From assembly GCA_032718475.1 (NCBI GenBank), contig JAUCBJ010005383.1:1-64000 (forward strand): a stretch of DNA of 64,000 bases, read 5' to 3'. The position numbers and the translations under genes were made by a program. Positions 1 to 12,889 of this stretch are shown one piece after another. The stretch is from Nemertoderma westbladi. Taxonomy: Eukaryota; Animalia; Xenacoelomorpha. Below the pieces are notes generated by a model. The model was not told the origin of the DNA and searched no databases. It saw nothing but the letters and a program-made list of their open reading frames with translations. How positions within the stretch are numbered: the first letter of the stretch is position 1; each line of letters starts with the position of its first letter.

Positions 1-823
1 TGTGCTTTACTGTTTTTAGTCTTACACTAGTAGGTTTAATTACAAGGACATATATCCTTTAACTACCTGACTCATGGAATCACTGCTGACTGATCATACA
101 TGCTGACTGCTGAAACATTGCAAACTCATAACAATCAGTGTTTTCATTGTTGTTTTATACTGCTATTTACCGTCAGTTCTTCATAATATGGTTGATGAAT
201 AATTATATTTGGAATAACGATAAATAACCCCGAAACCCAATATTCTTGATATACCGAAGGTAAGAGAGAAGGGTTACAGATAAACGATTGTGACTTATGT
301 TAAAGTGGTTTGAAGTGAATCTAATGTTATTTGATAGACCCTACATGAGTCAGTCTGTGTTCCTTTTATATGTGACTAAAATCAGTGAAGATTGGCAGAT
401 TAGTGTGCAGTATTGTGCAGCATTGTGTATGAGTGAGTCTGTTAAAGAAGCAATTCCTAAAGAATGCGCCATATATGTGAATTATAATTAAGCCATATCG
501 TTGTGAGTAGTTTAAGTCATAACTCTGTTTATATAGATAAAGCGCCACGTCCTAAAGGAACTGTTAATATTCCCGAAGGTGAATAATATTGTCAGAGATT
601 ATATAATACTGTCAGTCGAATAATACATTAGGCTTACATAGCAATAAAATTAAACCGTCGAACCCAATCTCCCGGGAATATCCAGCGGGTGAATGATCGC
701 GCACAGATTGGTTTCGACTAGTGTAGTGAATCAAATACTTGTCATAGACTAAAAACCGATTTAATATCTAGAAGACATCTTAATTTGGTGGGTTAAACTG
801 CCAAAGGTCTGAAAGCGCGAACA

Positions 824-3800
824 GTTTCTATCTCCAGCCCAGCTCGGACCATCGGGACCCAAAGAAGGTTTCTATCTCCAGCCCAGCTCGGACCATCGGG
901 ATCCAAAGAAGGTTTCTATCTCCAGCCCAGCTCGGACCATCGTGACCCAAAGAAGGTTTCTATCTCCAGCCCAGTCGGACCATCGGGACCTGAAAAAGGT
1001 TTCTATCTCCAGCCCAGCTCTGACCATCGGGATCCAAAGTAGGTTTCTATCTCCAGCCCAGCTCGGACCATCGGGATCCAAAGAAGGTTTCTATCTCCAG
1101 CCCAGCTCGGACCATCGGGACCTGAAAAAGGTTTCTATCTCCAGCCCAGCTCGGACCATCGGGACCCAAAGAAGGTTTCTATCTCCAGCCCAACTCGGAC
1201 CATCGGGATCCAAAGAAGGTTTCTATCTCCAGCCCAGCTCGGACCATCGGGACCCAAAGAAGGTTTCTATCTCCAGCCCAGCTCGGACCATCGGGATCCA
1301 AAGAAGGTTTCTATCTCCAGCCCAGCTCGGACCATCGGGATCCAAAGAAGGTTTCTATCTCCAGCCCAGCTCGGACCATCGGGACACAAAGAAGGTTTCT
1401 ATCTCCAGCCCAGCTCGGACCATCGGGACCCAAAGAAGGTTTATATCTCCAGCCCAGCTCGGACCATCGGGATCCAAAGAAGGTTTCTATCTCCAGCCCA
1501 GCTCGGACCATCGGGATCCAAAGAAGGTTTCTATCTCCAGCCCAGCTCGGACCATCGGGATCCAAAGAAGGTTTCTATCTCCAGCCCAGCTCGGACCATC
1601 GGGACCCAAAGAAGGTTTCTATCTCCAGCCCAGCTCGGACCATCGGGACCCAAAGAAGGTTTCTATCTCCAGCCCAGCTCGGACCATCGGGATCCAAAGA
1701 AGGTTTCTATCTACAGCCCAGCTCGGACCATCGGGATCCAAAGAAGGTTTCTATCTCCAGCCCAGCTCGGACCATCGGGATCCAAAGAAGGTTTCTATCT
1801 CCAGCCCAGCTCGGACCATCGGGATCCAAAGAAGGTTTCTATCTCCAGCCCAGCTCGGACCATCGGGATCCAAAGAAGGTTTCTATCTCCAGCCCAGCTC
1901 GGACCATCGGGACCCAAAGAAGGTTTCTATCTCCAGCCCAGCTCGGACCATCGGGATCCAAAGAAGGTTTCTATCTCCAGCCCAGCTCGGACTATCGGGA
2001 CCCAAAGAAGGTTTTTATCTACAGCCCAGCTCGGACCATCGGGATCCAAAGAAGGTTTCTATCTCCAGCCCAGCTCGGACCATCGGGACCTGAAAAAGGT
2101 TTCTATCTCCAGCCCAGCTCGGACCATCGGGACCCAAAGAAGGTTTCTATCTCCAGCCCAGCTCGGACTATCGGGACCCAAAGAAGGTTTCTATCTACAG
2201 CCCAGCTCGGACCATCGGGATCCAAAGAAGGTTTCTATCTCCAGCCCAGCTCGGACCATCGGGACCTGAAAAAGGTTTCTATCTCCAGCCCAGCTCGGAC
2301 CATCGGGACCCAAAGAAGGTTTCTATCTCCAGCCGAGCTCGGACTATCGGGACCCAAAGAAGGTTTCTATCTACAGCCCAGCTCGGACCATCGGGATCCA
2401 AAGAAGGTTTCTATCTCCAGCCCAGCTCGGACCATCGGGACCTGAAAAAGGTTTCTATCTCCAGCCCAGCTCGGACCATCGGGATCCAAAGAAGGTTTCT
2501 ATCTCCAGCCCAGCTCGGACCATCGGGATCCAAAGAAGGTTTCTATCTCCAGCCCAGCTCGGACCATCGGGACCCAAAAAAGGTTTATATCTCCAGCCCA
2601 GCTCGGACCATCGGGACCCAAAGAAGGTTTCTATCTCCAGCCCAGCTCGGACCATCGGGACCTGAAAAAGGTTTCTATCTCTAGCCCAGCTCGGACCATC
2701 GGGACCCAAAGAAGGTTTCTATCTCCAGCCCAGCTCGGACCATCGGGACCTGAAAAAGGTTTCTATCTCCAGCCCAGCTCGGACCATCGGGATCCAAAGA
2801 AGGTTTCTATCTCCAGCCCAGCTCGGACCATTGGTACCCAAAGAAGGTTTATATCTCCAGCCCAGCTCGGACCATCGGGACCTGAAAAAGGTTTCTATCT
2901 CCAGCCCAGCTCGGACCATCGGGATCCAAAGAAGGTTTCTATCTCCAGCCCAGCTCGGACCATCGGGATCCAAAGAAGGTTTCTATCTCCAGCCCAGCTC
3001 GGACCATCGGGACCCAAAAAAGGTTTATATCTCCAGCCCAGCTCGGACCATCGGGACCTGAAAAAGGTTTCTATCTCTAGCCCAGCTCGGACCATCGGGA
3101 CCCAAAGAAGGTTTCTATCTCCAGCCCAGCTCGGACCATCGGGACCTGAAAAAGGTTTCTATCTCCAGCCCAGCTCGGACCATCGGGATCCAAAGAAGGT
3201 TTCTATCTCCAGCCCAGCTCGGACCATCGGGATCCAAAGAAGGTTTCTATCTCCAGCCCAGCTCGGACCATCGGGATCCAAAGAAGGTTTCTATCTCTAG
3301 CCCAGCTCGGACCATCGGGACCCAAAGAAGGTTTCTATCTCCAGCCCAGCTCGGACCATCGGGATCCAAAGAAGGTTTCTATCTCCAGCCCAGCTCGGAC
3401 CATCGGGATCCAAAGAAGGTTTCTATCTCCAGCCCAGCGCGGACCATCGGGTTCTAAAGAAGGTTTCATCTCCAGCCCAGCTCGGACCATCGGGACCCAA
3501 AGAAGGTTTCTATCTCCAGCCCAGCTCGGACCATCGGGACCCAAAGAAGGTTTTTATCTCCAGCCCAGCTCGGACCATCGGGACACAAAAAAAGGTTTCT
3601 ACCTCCAGCCCAGCTCGGACCATCGGGATCCAAAGAAGGTTTCTATCTCCAGCCCAGCTCGCAGCTCGGACCATTGGGACCCAAAGAAGGTTTCTATCTC
3701 CAGCCGAGCTCGGACCATCGGGACCCAAAGAAGGTTTCTATCTCCAGCCCAGCTCGGACCATCGGGACCCAAAGAAGGTTTCTATCTCCAGCCCAGCTCT

Positions 3801-4407
3801 GACCATCGGGATCCAAAGAAGGTTTCTATCTCCAGCCCAGCTCGGACCATCGGGACCCAAAGAAGGTTTCTATCTCCAACCCACCTCGGACCATCGGGAC
3901 CCAAAGAAGGTTTTTATCTCCAGCCCAGCTCGGACCATCGGGACACAAAAAAAGGTTTCTACCTCCAGCCCAGCTCGGACCATCGGGATCCAAAGAAGGT
4001 TTCTATCTCCAGCCCAGCTCGGACCATTGGGACCCAAAGAAGGTTTCTATCTCCAGCCGAGCTCGGACCATCGGGACCCAAAGAAGGTTTCTATCTCCAG
4101 CCCAGCTCGGACCATCGGGACCCAAAAAAGGTCTCTATCTCCAGCCCAGCTCGGACCATCGGGATCCAAAGAAGGTTTCTATCTCCAGCCCAGCTCGGAC
4201 CATCGGGACCCAAAGAAGGTTTCTATCTCCAGCCCAGCTCGGACCATCGGGACCCAAAAAAGGTTTCTATCTCCAGCCCAGTTCGGACCATCGGGATCCA
4301 AAGAAGGTTTCTATCTCCAGCCCAGCTCGGACCATCGGGATCCGAAGAAGGTTTCTATCTCCAGCCCAGCTCGGACCATCGGGATCCAAAGAAGGTTTCT
4401 ATCTCCA
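824..4407. repeat. Minisatellite, 44-bp unit, ~81 copies
   Basis: Unit GGTTTCTATCTCCAGCCCAGCTCGGACCATCGGGA(T/C)CCAAAGAA repeated head to tail with few substitutions; the ORFs here are translations of the repeat. Confidence 0.98.
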
Positions 4408-4542
4408 TACCATTCTTGACGGACCAGCAGTAAATCGTTCTGGAGACATTCTGAGTTCGAACCGGTCTAGATATTCCACGTTTACGAAAATACTAATGTG
4501 GTTTTTGAACATAAACAACTCCAACTGAAATAATTCAAAGAA

Positions 4543-5112
4543 ATGATAAATATAAGACGATTTTGGCATTTTTATCCACGAGACGTATTTGAACGTGGCG
4601 GCAGCTCAAAATCGACAAACTCATTACCCCAAAGGCATATCCACCCTGATCCTATAACGGAACTCAAGCGTTTGTACCATACAATGATGTACCTAACCGC
4701 CACTAGACCTTTGCCCGTATTGCTGGATCGTTTTGACACTATCACTAAGGAGGAGTATTGTATAACTAGTTCTCGATCTCCACACGTAAGGCACCAGAAC
4801 TTCAGATTATGGTATTACTGTGATAACTGTCCTCACCCCAACCATCAAGTAAACCATGATGACCTTGTGCTATGGGGTCGATCGGTTAATCACCCCCATG
4901 AACGCTGCCCCAAACACAGTTACACACATTTCACGTACGGAGGATACGAGCGAGATTTATTCGGCGTGGATGAAAGAGCTCTAAAGAGATTGCGTAAAAT
5001 GGAGCGTTTACCCATTGACGTCCTACGGTTCTCAGTGCGACCCCCAGCACCAAAGGTTCAACCATCCCCAGTTCTCCCCCAGAATTTCGGTCCTCGAGAT
5101 GAAGACTACTGA
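4543..5112 (+). CDS. Orphan ORF, 189 aa, Cys/His-rich middle; possibly a decayed gene or element ORF
   Basis: Non-repetitive ATG-started ORF containing YCDNC..H..H and HPHERCPKH; no family recognised; a second, stop-interrupted frame continues to 5470. Confidence 0.3.
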   Translation: MINIRRFWHFYPRDVFERGGSSKSTNSLPQRHIHPDPITELKRLYHTMMYLTATRPLPVLLDRFDTITKEEYCITSSRSPHVRHQNFRLWYYCDNCPHPNHQVNHDDLVLWGRSVNHPHERCPKHSYTHFTYGGYERDLFGVDERALKRLRKMERLPIDVLRFSVRPPAPKVQPSPVLPQNFGPRDEDY

Positions 5113-5599
5113 GTACCGAGATATGATTCTACCAGAACAGTTGATCCCTCGAGAGGAACCGGAGATAGCTCCTCTAGTCCCACCTGGATTTGGGAGAGGA
5201 GTCGGGATATCTTGAGCCATGACGCCAGGTGATTTATTGACACCAGGTGTGGTCATACCCCCCCCCCCCCCCCCCCCCCCCTGCGAGGAAACGACTCATC
5301 TAATAATGTCGTCTAGCTTGGCTGGCATGCATGCGCGTTTATCTATGACTCCATACGGCACATTGTTGACGGAAGGCCATGAGGCCATGGACAGCGCTAC
5401 GTTGCAGCCGGAGATAAATACCTTGAGAGCTCGTATCGCTGAAGGAGATATTAATCGCAATTTATATTAGGCCATTTTGGTAGTTTTGGCCGCCAAAATG
5501 ACCAAGATGTTTATTGGGATTGGGACTGTATAGTACAGTAAATGGCACAAAAGACGCCATCTTACATCGGCATTGAGTCATTTTAATTTCGATATTATA

Positions 5600-8500
5600 T
5601 GTTAATAATTAAATGACAATCAAATTATTAATAAAACATTAATGCAAACAACAGATATACAATCAAGTAAACTTAGAATAACTAATTAAATTGGAAACCC
5701 GGAGAAATGGTACAGTAGCTACGTAAAAATAGTGTAGGTAAGCTCACAAAATAACTGATTACATAATTATCAATCTCTAATAGTCATGGGTCGCCCCACC
5801 CTCCCCCTACATTTGTAATATCTCGTCTAGGTTGGCCTGTCTGGGTAGAGTCCTGAGCATGGCTGTCGCCTGGCCCCGGACGGTTGCTATTGATAGCCTC
5901 TGGAACAAGAAAGAGGTTGAGCGTGGCTCGCCGGTGGCTCGTGCAATTCTGCGTCCAATCTCGTTTAAAATGGCTGTTCCCCCCTCTCCTATGTGCCCGA
6001 GGGTTTCAGTGGATTTGTTGCCATTGGTGGTTTCGGCTAAGGCTGCAGCGGCACCAGCCCTTACTGATGTGCTGTGGAGGTGTGATGGTGCAAGGGTGTC
6101 CCTGCATGTGTAATCCCACACCAATGGTTTACCTGATGACCAGGGGGCTAGGGACATGCCGTCTGGTTTCTTCCTGTCTCTGGTTAGCCCTCGCGGTTCA
6201 AGAGTAGATGCAGTACCTGCAGAGGTTAGTGCCCTAAGAATAATGTCGTTGGCCTCTGCATGTCTTGTGTATTTGCCGTAGTTGTTGAGGCAAGAAAGCC
6301 CATGCACTCCTGTCTCGTCTACCTGTAAGCCACAGCCACGGCAGGTGTGCCTTGCGCAAATGGGTGCTCCCAGTCGGAGGGCGGCTCCAACCCGCAGCTG
6401 ATCATTCTCGAGTCGAAGTCCATGTCCAAGGGCTGAGATAGGGATGGCATGAAGCCAGTCTCCGGCATGATCCGCTCGGACTGCCAGGTGGCGAGCCGTG
6501 TTGGTTGCGTTGGGAGCCTGTGCCAAAAGTTTGTCGTATATAGTTACACAATGCGGTTCACTCCATCCCTTCTGTGAGGCTGGGTTCGCTGGTGGTTCAG
6601 TTCCAGATGGCAGAGAGTCTAGAGCTTTAACTAGATAGGGATCAGTTGGATTGGATACTGATGGGGGGAGAAGGGCCTGGAGCAGGGGACAGCATCCATG
6701 GACGCTAGCCAAAAAGGCTGGTGCTGAGATGTCCCTAGTACTCCTGACCCCAAGGCCACCTAGAGAAATGGGCAGGGATGCCTGGATCCACGCATTGTCG
6801 TCAAGTTGAATATTGAGGGCCACTTCTAGCGCTCTCCGGATGGTGTCATCTAGATCGGATAATAAGTTTGATGTAAAGCACGGTGCGCAGCGCAAGGTGT
6901 ACATCAGTTTCGGAATGGAGAAGCAATTCTTTAGCAGGAAGAGTCAATCATGGGCAGAGAGCAGATGTAGACGCTTAGAGAATGCTGATAGTTCTGAGAG
7001 CTTGCTTTGTAGGATAGTCCTAAGTGCACTGTCTCCTATGGGGGTTACTAGCAGGGTGGCATTGTCCTGGTTGTAACCGACGATGCCAGGGGTGATGGTG
7101 TTGAAGGTGGCTAGTGTCTCTTCCTTGAGGATCTCAGGAAAACTCTTGGAGAATATCAGCTCACATTTCGTGGGCTTTATCGTGAGCCCCAATTTGGCTA
7201 CGATTGTGATGACATTTTGTAGGTCTGCTGCCACATGACGAACAGGGCCTCCAAGAGAGCCATCGTCTAAAAACCATACATTCAATGGTGTTGTGATGCT
7301 CGAGGCAACTTCGCGGGTGTCGTCGGAGAATATTAGTGAGGCCAGAGGGTCCCCTTGTTGCATTCTATCATCTAAACTAATGATTTCATCATGGTAGGAC
7401 AGGTGTGTGGGTTCAGAATAAGCCATGAAGGCAATGTTGTAAAGGGAGGGAGGTTCTCTAAGACTGACCTGAGCATAGGACCACGATGAATATTATTGAA
7501 TGCATTGGCAAAATAGACTTTTACCATAACAACCGGCTCCTTGGACTCAGTTAGGAAGCGTCGTGCTGCATGAAAAGCCACTTCAGCCCCTCTCGGTGTG
7601 CCGCATCCTAGCTGGTGTGGAGCTAACCTGAGATCAGCATTCTTAATAGCAAGTCTAAACTCCGTTTTGCCAGTGAGTCGTCGGATGGTACAGCCTACTG
7701 CGATAGGGCGTAAACCACCATTTGGTTTTGTAAAGGCGCAAAGCCTGGCTCCAAATAGGTAGGGTCGTTCTACCGGGGGGACATGGCCTCTACAAATGGT
7801 GTTGGCTACCAAAGTAATGCTCCTCAAGCAGTTAATGGCTGCATCTCCTGAAGAGAGAGAGAGCATAAGTCCTTTAGTGCTTGAGGGCGTAGTTGGTCGG
7901 ATCCTGCTGCTGAGCCATTCGGAAATAAGAAAATGGATTTCCGTACCTCAATGGTTGACAGCTCAAGAATTGGAACATCAGCTTCCTCCATCGAGAGGAC
8001 CCCCTCTGAGTCACTCGAGGGGCGAGTGGGATGTAATGCCCTGAGGGTGGCCAGGGTTTCAGGAGAGAAGGGGCAATGGTTGCTGTAGAGGATGAGGAAG
8101 CTAGACGGGCTGCTGCTTTAATGTTCCCCTCTCTTCGATTTTTAGATGATATGAGCTTGCCAAGTAGTTCGACGTTTGCTTTGGATGGCTCTGCCTCCAA
8201 CACGGTGGTCGCGTCGGGGAGGTGTTGGTAGCTAAATAGGGGAGCTGGGGTCACTGGTTAGTCCCTCAAACTCTGTGATTTTCTCTTAATTTTGGCTGTG
8301 AGCGATTTGGAGAGGGAACTGGCTGTCCTGCCGCCACTCCTCTTCTTGGTGTTCTGAAAAGGCACCCTGAGGGAGTATGAAAACGTTAGGAGGTTGAGCC
8401 AATTGAGTTGGGAGTTGTCCTGAATCACTCTTTCACACAGTGTGGATTACAGGGTTGCTGCTTTCGACCGAGCCCCCCTAGGGATGCGGGGAAGTGTACG

Positions 8501-8650
8501 GATGTGAAGAAGCACCTTGAAAACGTTGGCGTAGTGTTGGGTGATATCGGGTTCCTCAGTGGGGGGTGGTGACGGATCAGGTATCGATGGAGAGCCTTTG
8601 CTGACCTTGGAGGACAGTACAATAATCCTATCGGCTGACCTGGACAATAA
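5600..8650 (-). mobile_element. Degenerate non-LTR retrotransposon with RT, zinc knuckle and restriction-like endonuclease (CRE-clade-like), frameshifted, 5'-truncated
   Basis: Consecutive minus-strand ORF pieces: RIPRGAR (8447-8647); KPNGGLRPIAVG, QLGCG, FANAFN (7372-7866); QQGDPL and WFLDDG (6944-7426); GGLGVR, CxxC..H...C, RH, EP, KPDG..WD (5807-6904). Outer boundaries approximate. Confidence 0.88.
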
Positions 8651-9172
8651 ACTACTGTATTACCGCCAGGGTTTATGCAGTGGCTCTAATATACAGTCAG
8701 TATGGAAACAAATCGATGGGGAGTTTGAAAAATTGAAAAAGATGCTTGTACTAATATCAAGACATAGGTTTCGTACTGGCGAATAACGCATTCCTATTCT
8801 AAAAATTGCAAACAATGAATCTCTCCCTCAGAGAGAATTCCTGCAATAACCTGCTCCCTCTAGTACAGAGAAGAGACAGAGTCTACAAGGTTCCCGGCAG
8901 CCTACGTAATGTAGACGGCTTTAGAAGGGAGGAGATAGTCGAAAGATGACAGTTTTTATTTGGAAGGAAATTTATTCAGTGCTCCTCAGGTCGTTATTAT
9001 TTATATAATTTATAATATTATATTGAAAATTAGACCGTAAACGATATACTAATTACTAATATTAAGTATGTAGGATTGCCCTATTCTGAGCATATTGACA
9101 AAACTTTCAACAAGCAGAAATTAAAGCCCTTTGCGCAAAGCTAGAATTGACTATGGTACTGAAAATGTGATA

Positions 9173-9310
9173 AGCGTTTATTGGCTACTGGTACTCTGTG
9201 TTCAAGGAAAAGGCAGTTAATTATTGGCTTCCGACAATTATGGCTTCCGACACACTGACACACACACCTACACACACACAGAATTGGAAAACGGCCATAG
9301 TATAATTATA
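9173..9310 (-). mobile_element. Interspersed repeat resembling a non-autonomous Helitron 5' end (copy A)
   Basis: Reverse complement matches 56884-57016 (GTGTGT..CAGTGTGTCGGAAGCC..AATTAACTGCC..TTCCTTGAACACAGAGT..AGTAGCCAATAAACGC). The Helitron label is inferred from a TATA-rich start followed by a GT microsatellite. Confidence 0.55.
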
Positions 9311-10935
9311 ACAGTTCGTTGATGGCTCGCAGTTTTGACTCGCCCCACAGGCCATGCCATCGTGCATACTACTGCTCATTGATTTGGCGGCCGACCTGGA
9401 GGATGGCCTGTTTATAGTAGGCAATGGTATGAGATTACACCAATAACATACAGTATTAAGCTAGTTTTATACAATCTAATAGTATAAGACAATATCCGCA
9501 TTGTCCTCAAGATGGCGCACAATACTGATATACCGGTACCGGTGTAGCAGGATAATTTGCCCCCCAGTCGAATATGCGCCCCGGGCAAAATATCCTAGGA
9601 GATTATACCGGTACATGATCAGGCATTCCCTGGCCTAACTTAAAAATCCTAGAGAGAATCTTAGAATAACATGTGCACTTTAACTTAATTATCTTGATTA
9701 GATGTGATTTGAGTAAACCCCCCCCCCCCCCCCCCCACTTTCTCAATTAGTTAACTCTTCGTGTATCAAAGCTAAATTACATAGTTTTTCTTCCCTGAAC
9801 CAAGAAAATACATCGGATTATCGTACCAAGGATTATTTTGTTATCATTAGGCCGCGTTCACACTACCGAGTCAAAGACAACTCAAAACCCAAGACAAAAT
9901 GTAAAACACATCGAACGTGAAATATGATTATTTCTAGAATGCCCTGAATGTATTATATTATATGTATGTATGGGTCAATGCCAACCATATTGACCAGAAT
10001 GTCCCGAACGTGATTTTTGAAATTTGTTGAATTTTGAAATTAACTTTGAGAATCAGTCATATTGATGGTTAGAAAGAGCGATAATTTTTGCATATGAAAA
10101 GTGTCCCAAAAAACCTTGGCCGTTATTGAGAGAAACGTTCCGGAATGCAAAAATTGAGAACAATTTGTTGTCACGTATGGGAAATTTATAAATGTTTTTT
10201 TCGTACTTTCTGTCCATATTCTTGTAAAATTGAAGTAACAGTCGTTTAAATGGCGGTATTGAGGTATCCGGCAAGAGATGTCAGATCGAAGTGGGAAGTT
10301 TTATAGAGAGAAAAAAATTAAAAATTATGTCACGGATAAGACATTTAATCCAGTGACGACATAAAGTTTCACTTTGTGGGGAACTTTGCCGTGAAAAGTG
10401 GGGCTAAATATTTTTTTTCCTGTTAATAACAATGTGATACACAAAACTGTTGCATTTGGTCAACTGAAAATCGTTATTTTATGTCAAAAAATTAATTTGA
10501 AAATGTAAATAGACAGTTTGAACTCTCAACTACTGCACTGTCCCAATTTCAAAACCTTTTTCCGCAAATATTTATTTTGGTAATACTGTATGTTAATTTG
10601 GTCTGTTGTCAATTAAGGGGAAGGAGCAAGGGCCGAGTAACTCAAAAACTATTGAGATTGACCTTGAAACTATTTTACTATTATTCCTATCTGAAATATT
10701 TCAAGGTTAACCTTAAGGTAGGCTTCAGATTTTCCTCAAGGTAAACTTGAAATTTCAATCCGGTAACACATAAAATCTTGACTTGAGTTGAGTCAAGGTT
10801 CGAGATTAATTTCAAGGTAGCCATGGAGGTACCTTCAAATTTCAAGGTATCTCAAATCATTGTTTTAGCTGTTACTGTTAGACTACTGCTACCGGTACCA
10901 TAAAATAGGCATTTTTGCAGAATGCCTCCACACCG

Positions 10936-11815
10936 GAATTTTGGACAGATCCATCATGGATGTTGGACGGATCCATCATGGATGTTGGACGGATCCATCA
11001 TGGATGTTGGAAGGATCCATCATGGATGTTGGACGGATCCATCATGGATGTTGGACGGATCCATCATGGATGTTGGACGGATCCATCATGGATGTTGGAC
11101 TGATCCATCATGGATGTTGGACGGATCCATCATGAATGTTGGACGGATCCATCAAGGATGATGGACGAATCCATCATGGATGTTGGACGGATCCATCATG
11201 GATGTTGGACGGATCCATCATGGATGTTGGACGGATCCATCATGGATGTTGGAAGGCTCCATCATGGATGTTGGACGGATCCATCATGGATGTTGGACGG
11301 ATCCATCATGGATGTTGGACGGATCCATCATGGATGTTGGACTGATCCATCATGGATGTTGGACGGATCCATCATGGATGTTGGACGGATCCATCATGGA
11401 TGTTGGACGGATCCATCATGGATGTTGGACGGATTCATCATGAATGTTGGACGGATCCATCAAGGATGATGGACGAATCCATCATGGATGTTGGACGGAT
11501 CCATCAATGGATGTTGGACGGATCCATCATGGATGTTGGACGGATCCATCATGGATGTTGGACGGATCCATCAATGGATGTTGGACGGATCCATCATGGA
11601 TGTCCTTATTTCTCACACGTGTTTGTTTGTGTGTTTGTTTGTGTGTTCGTTTGTTTGTTTGTACACACAACTTCTTGCACTTAATGTTGATGGAATTGGA
11701 TGAAACTTTGATGATAGGTTCATTATCGGGCCTTGTATATGCATGGTTTTGGTTGCGAAGGACCTGTTGGTTGCCTAGCAACAGTGAAATTAATTCTAGA
11801 ATGACCGATCATAAT
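10936..11815 (+). mobile_element. Helentron/DINE-1 (HINE)-like non-autonomous element hosting the 22-bp array
   Basis: T-run, stem-loop GGAC..ATCCATCATGGAT.GTCC, (GTTT)n microsatellite at ~11620-11662, then GGAATTGGATGAAACTTTG; this order resembles HINE 5' architecture. Confidence 0.5.
10945..11603. repeat. Minisatellite, 22-bp unit, ~30 copies, with a hairpin in each unit
   Basis: Unit GGATCCATCATGGATGTTGGAC, containing ATCCA-TCA-TGGAT. Confidence 0.97.
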
Positions 11816-11870
11816 TGTAGAATTCACTCATTCAAAATTCTGTCGACACCCCATAGGGAGCACCTATTGC

Positions 11871-12889
11871 TATTGTGACGCTCGGTGGAGCCCTCTAGTA
11901 GTGCCTGTAGATTTCTATTTACCTCCAACACCAGGTGGGAATCCGCCTGAACACCTCGCTGCTAACCTCTCGTGTGTGGCTGACACTGGGGAACAGGTGA
12001 CTCAGGTTACTACCGCAATGGGACTTTCCCCCAGGGTCTGCATTCCGCGACCCAGAATACCCCCTAACTGGCCCATGTGAAGAATACCAGACTTTCTGCC
12101 GTTATATTTCACTTTGCAGTTACCCCCATGTGAAGAATACCAGACTTTCTGCCGTTATATTTCACTTTGCAGTTACCCCCATGTGAAGAATACCAGACTT
12201 TCTGCCGTTATATTTCACTTTGCAGTTACCCCCATGTGAAGAATACCAGACTTTCTGCAGTTATATTTCACTTTGCAGTTACCCCCATGTGAAGAATACC
12301 AGACTTTCTGCCGTTATATTTCACTTTGCAGTTACCCCCATGTGAAGAATACCAGACTTTCTGCCGTTATATTTCACTTTGCAGTTACCCCCATGTGAAG
12401 AATACCAGACTTTCTGCCGTTATATTTCACTTTGCAGTTACCCCCATGTGAAGAATACCAGACTTTCTGCCGTTATATTTCACTTTGCAGTTACCCCCAT
12501 GTGAAGAATACCAGACTTTCTGCCGTTATATTTCACTTTGCAGTTACCCCCATGTGAAGAATACCAGACTTTCTGCCGTTATATTTCACTTTGCAGTTAC
12601 CCCCATGTGAAGAATACCAGACTTTCTGCCGTTATATTTCACTTTGCAGTTTACCCCATGTGAAGAATACCAGGTTTTCACCAAAACACAGGTTACAGAA
12701 GGGCTGAATCTAACCAAAACAATAAACGAACTAGTATATGTACAGGTTATAAGACAGAAATAAGAGCTATAAAACACTTAATAAAGATAAATTAAAAAAA
12801 ATATAAAATCTTCATATATAAAATTCCAATAAAAAGTCGACCGAAAAGTGAAATCCTGGTATTCTTCACATATGGGCCCAATAGGCCTA
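11871..12889. mobile_element. Interspersed composite repeat copy 1: 200-bp unknown segment plus a TIR MITE (GCCCATGTGAAGAATACCAG ... CTGGTATTCTTCACAT..GGGC)
   Basis: Colinear and highly similar to 61441-61935; terminal inverted repeats visible at ~12071 and ~12856-12889. Confidence 0.85.
12072..12673. repeat. Minisatellite, 53-bp unit, 11 full copies, inside the left TIR of the MITE
   Basis: Unit CCCATGTGAAGAATACCAGACTTTCTGCCGTTATATTTCACTTTGCAGTTACC; its ATG recurs from 12075 to 12658 (11 x 53). Confidence 0.97.

Noticed and set aside
10660-10860. Cluster of TTCAAGGT/ACCTTGAA motifs
   Set aside because: Probably internal repeats of a decayed MITE; no termini or TSD could be defined.
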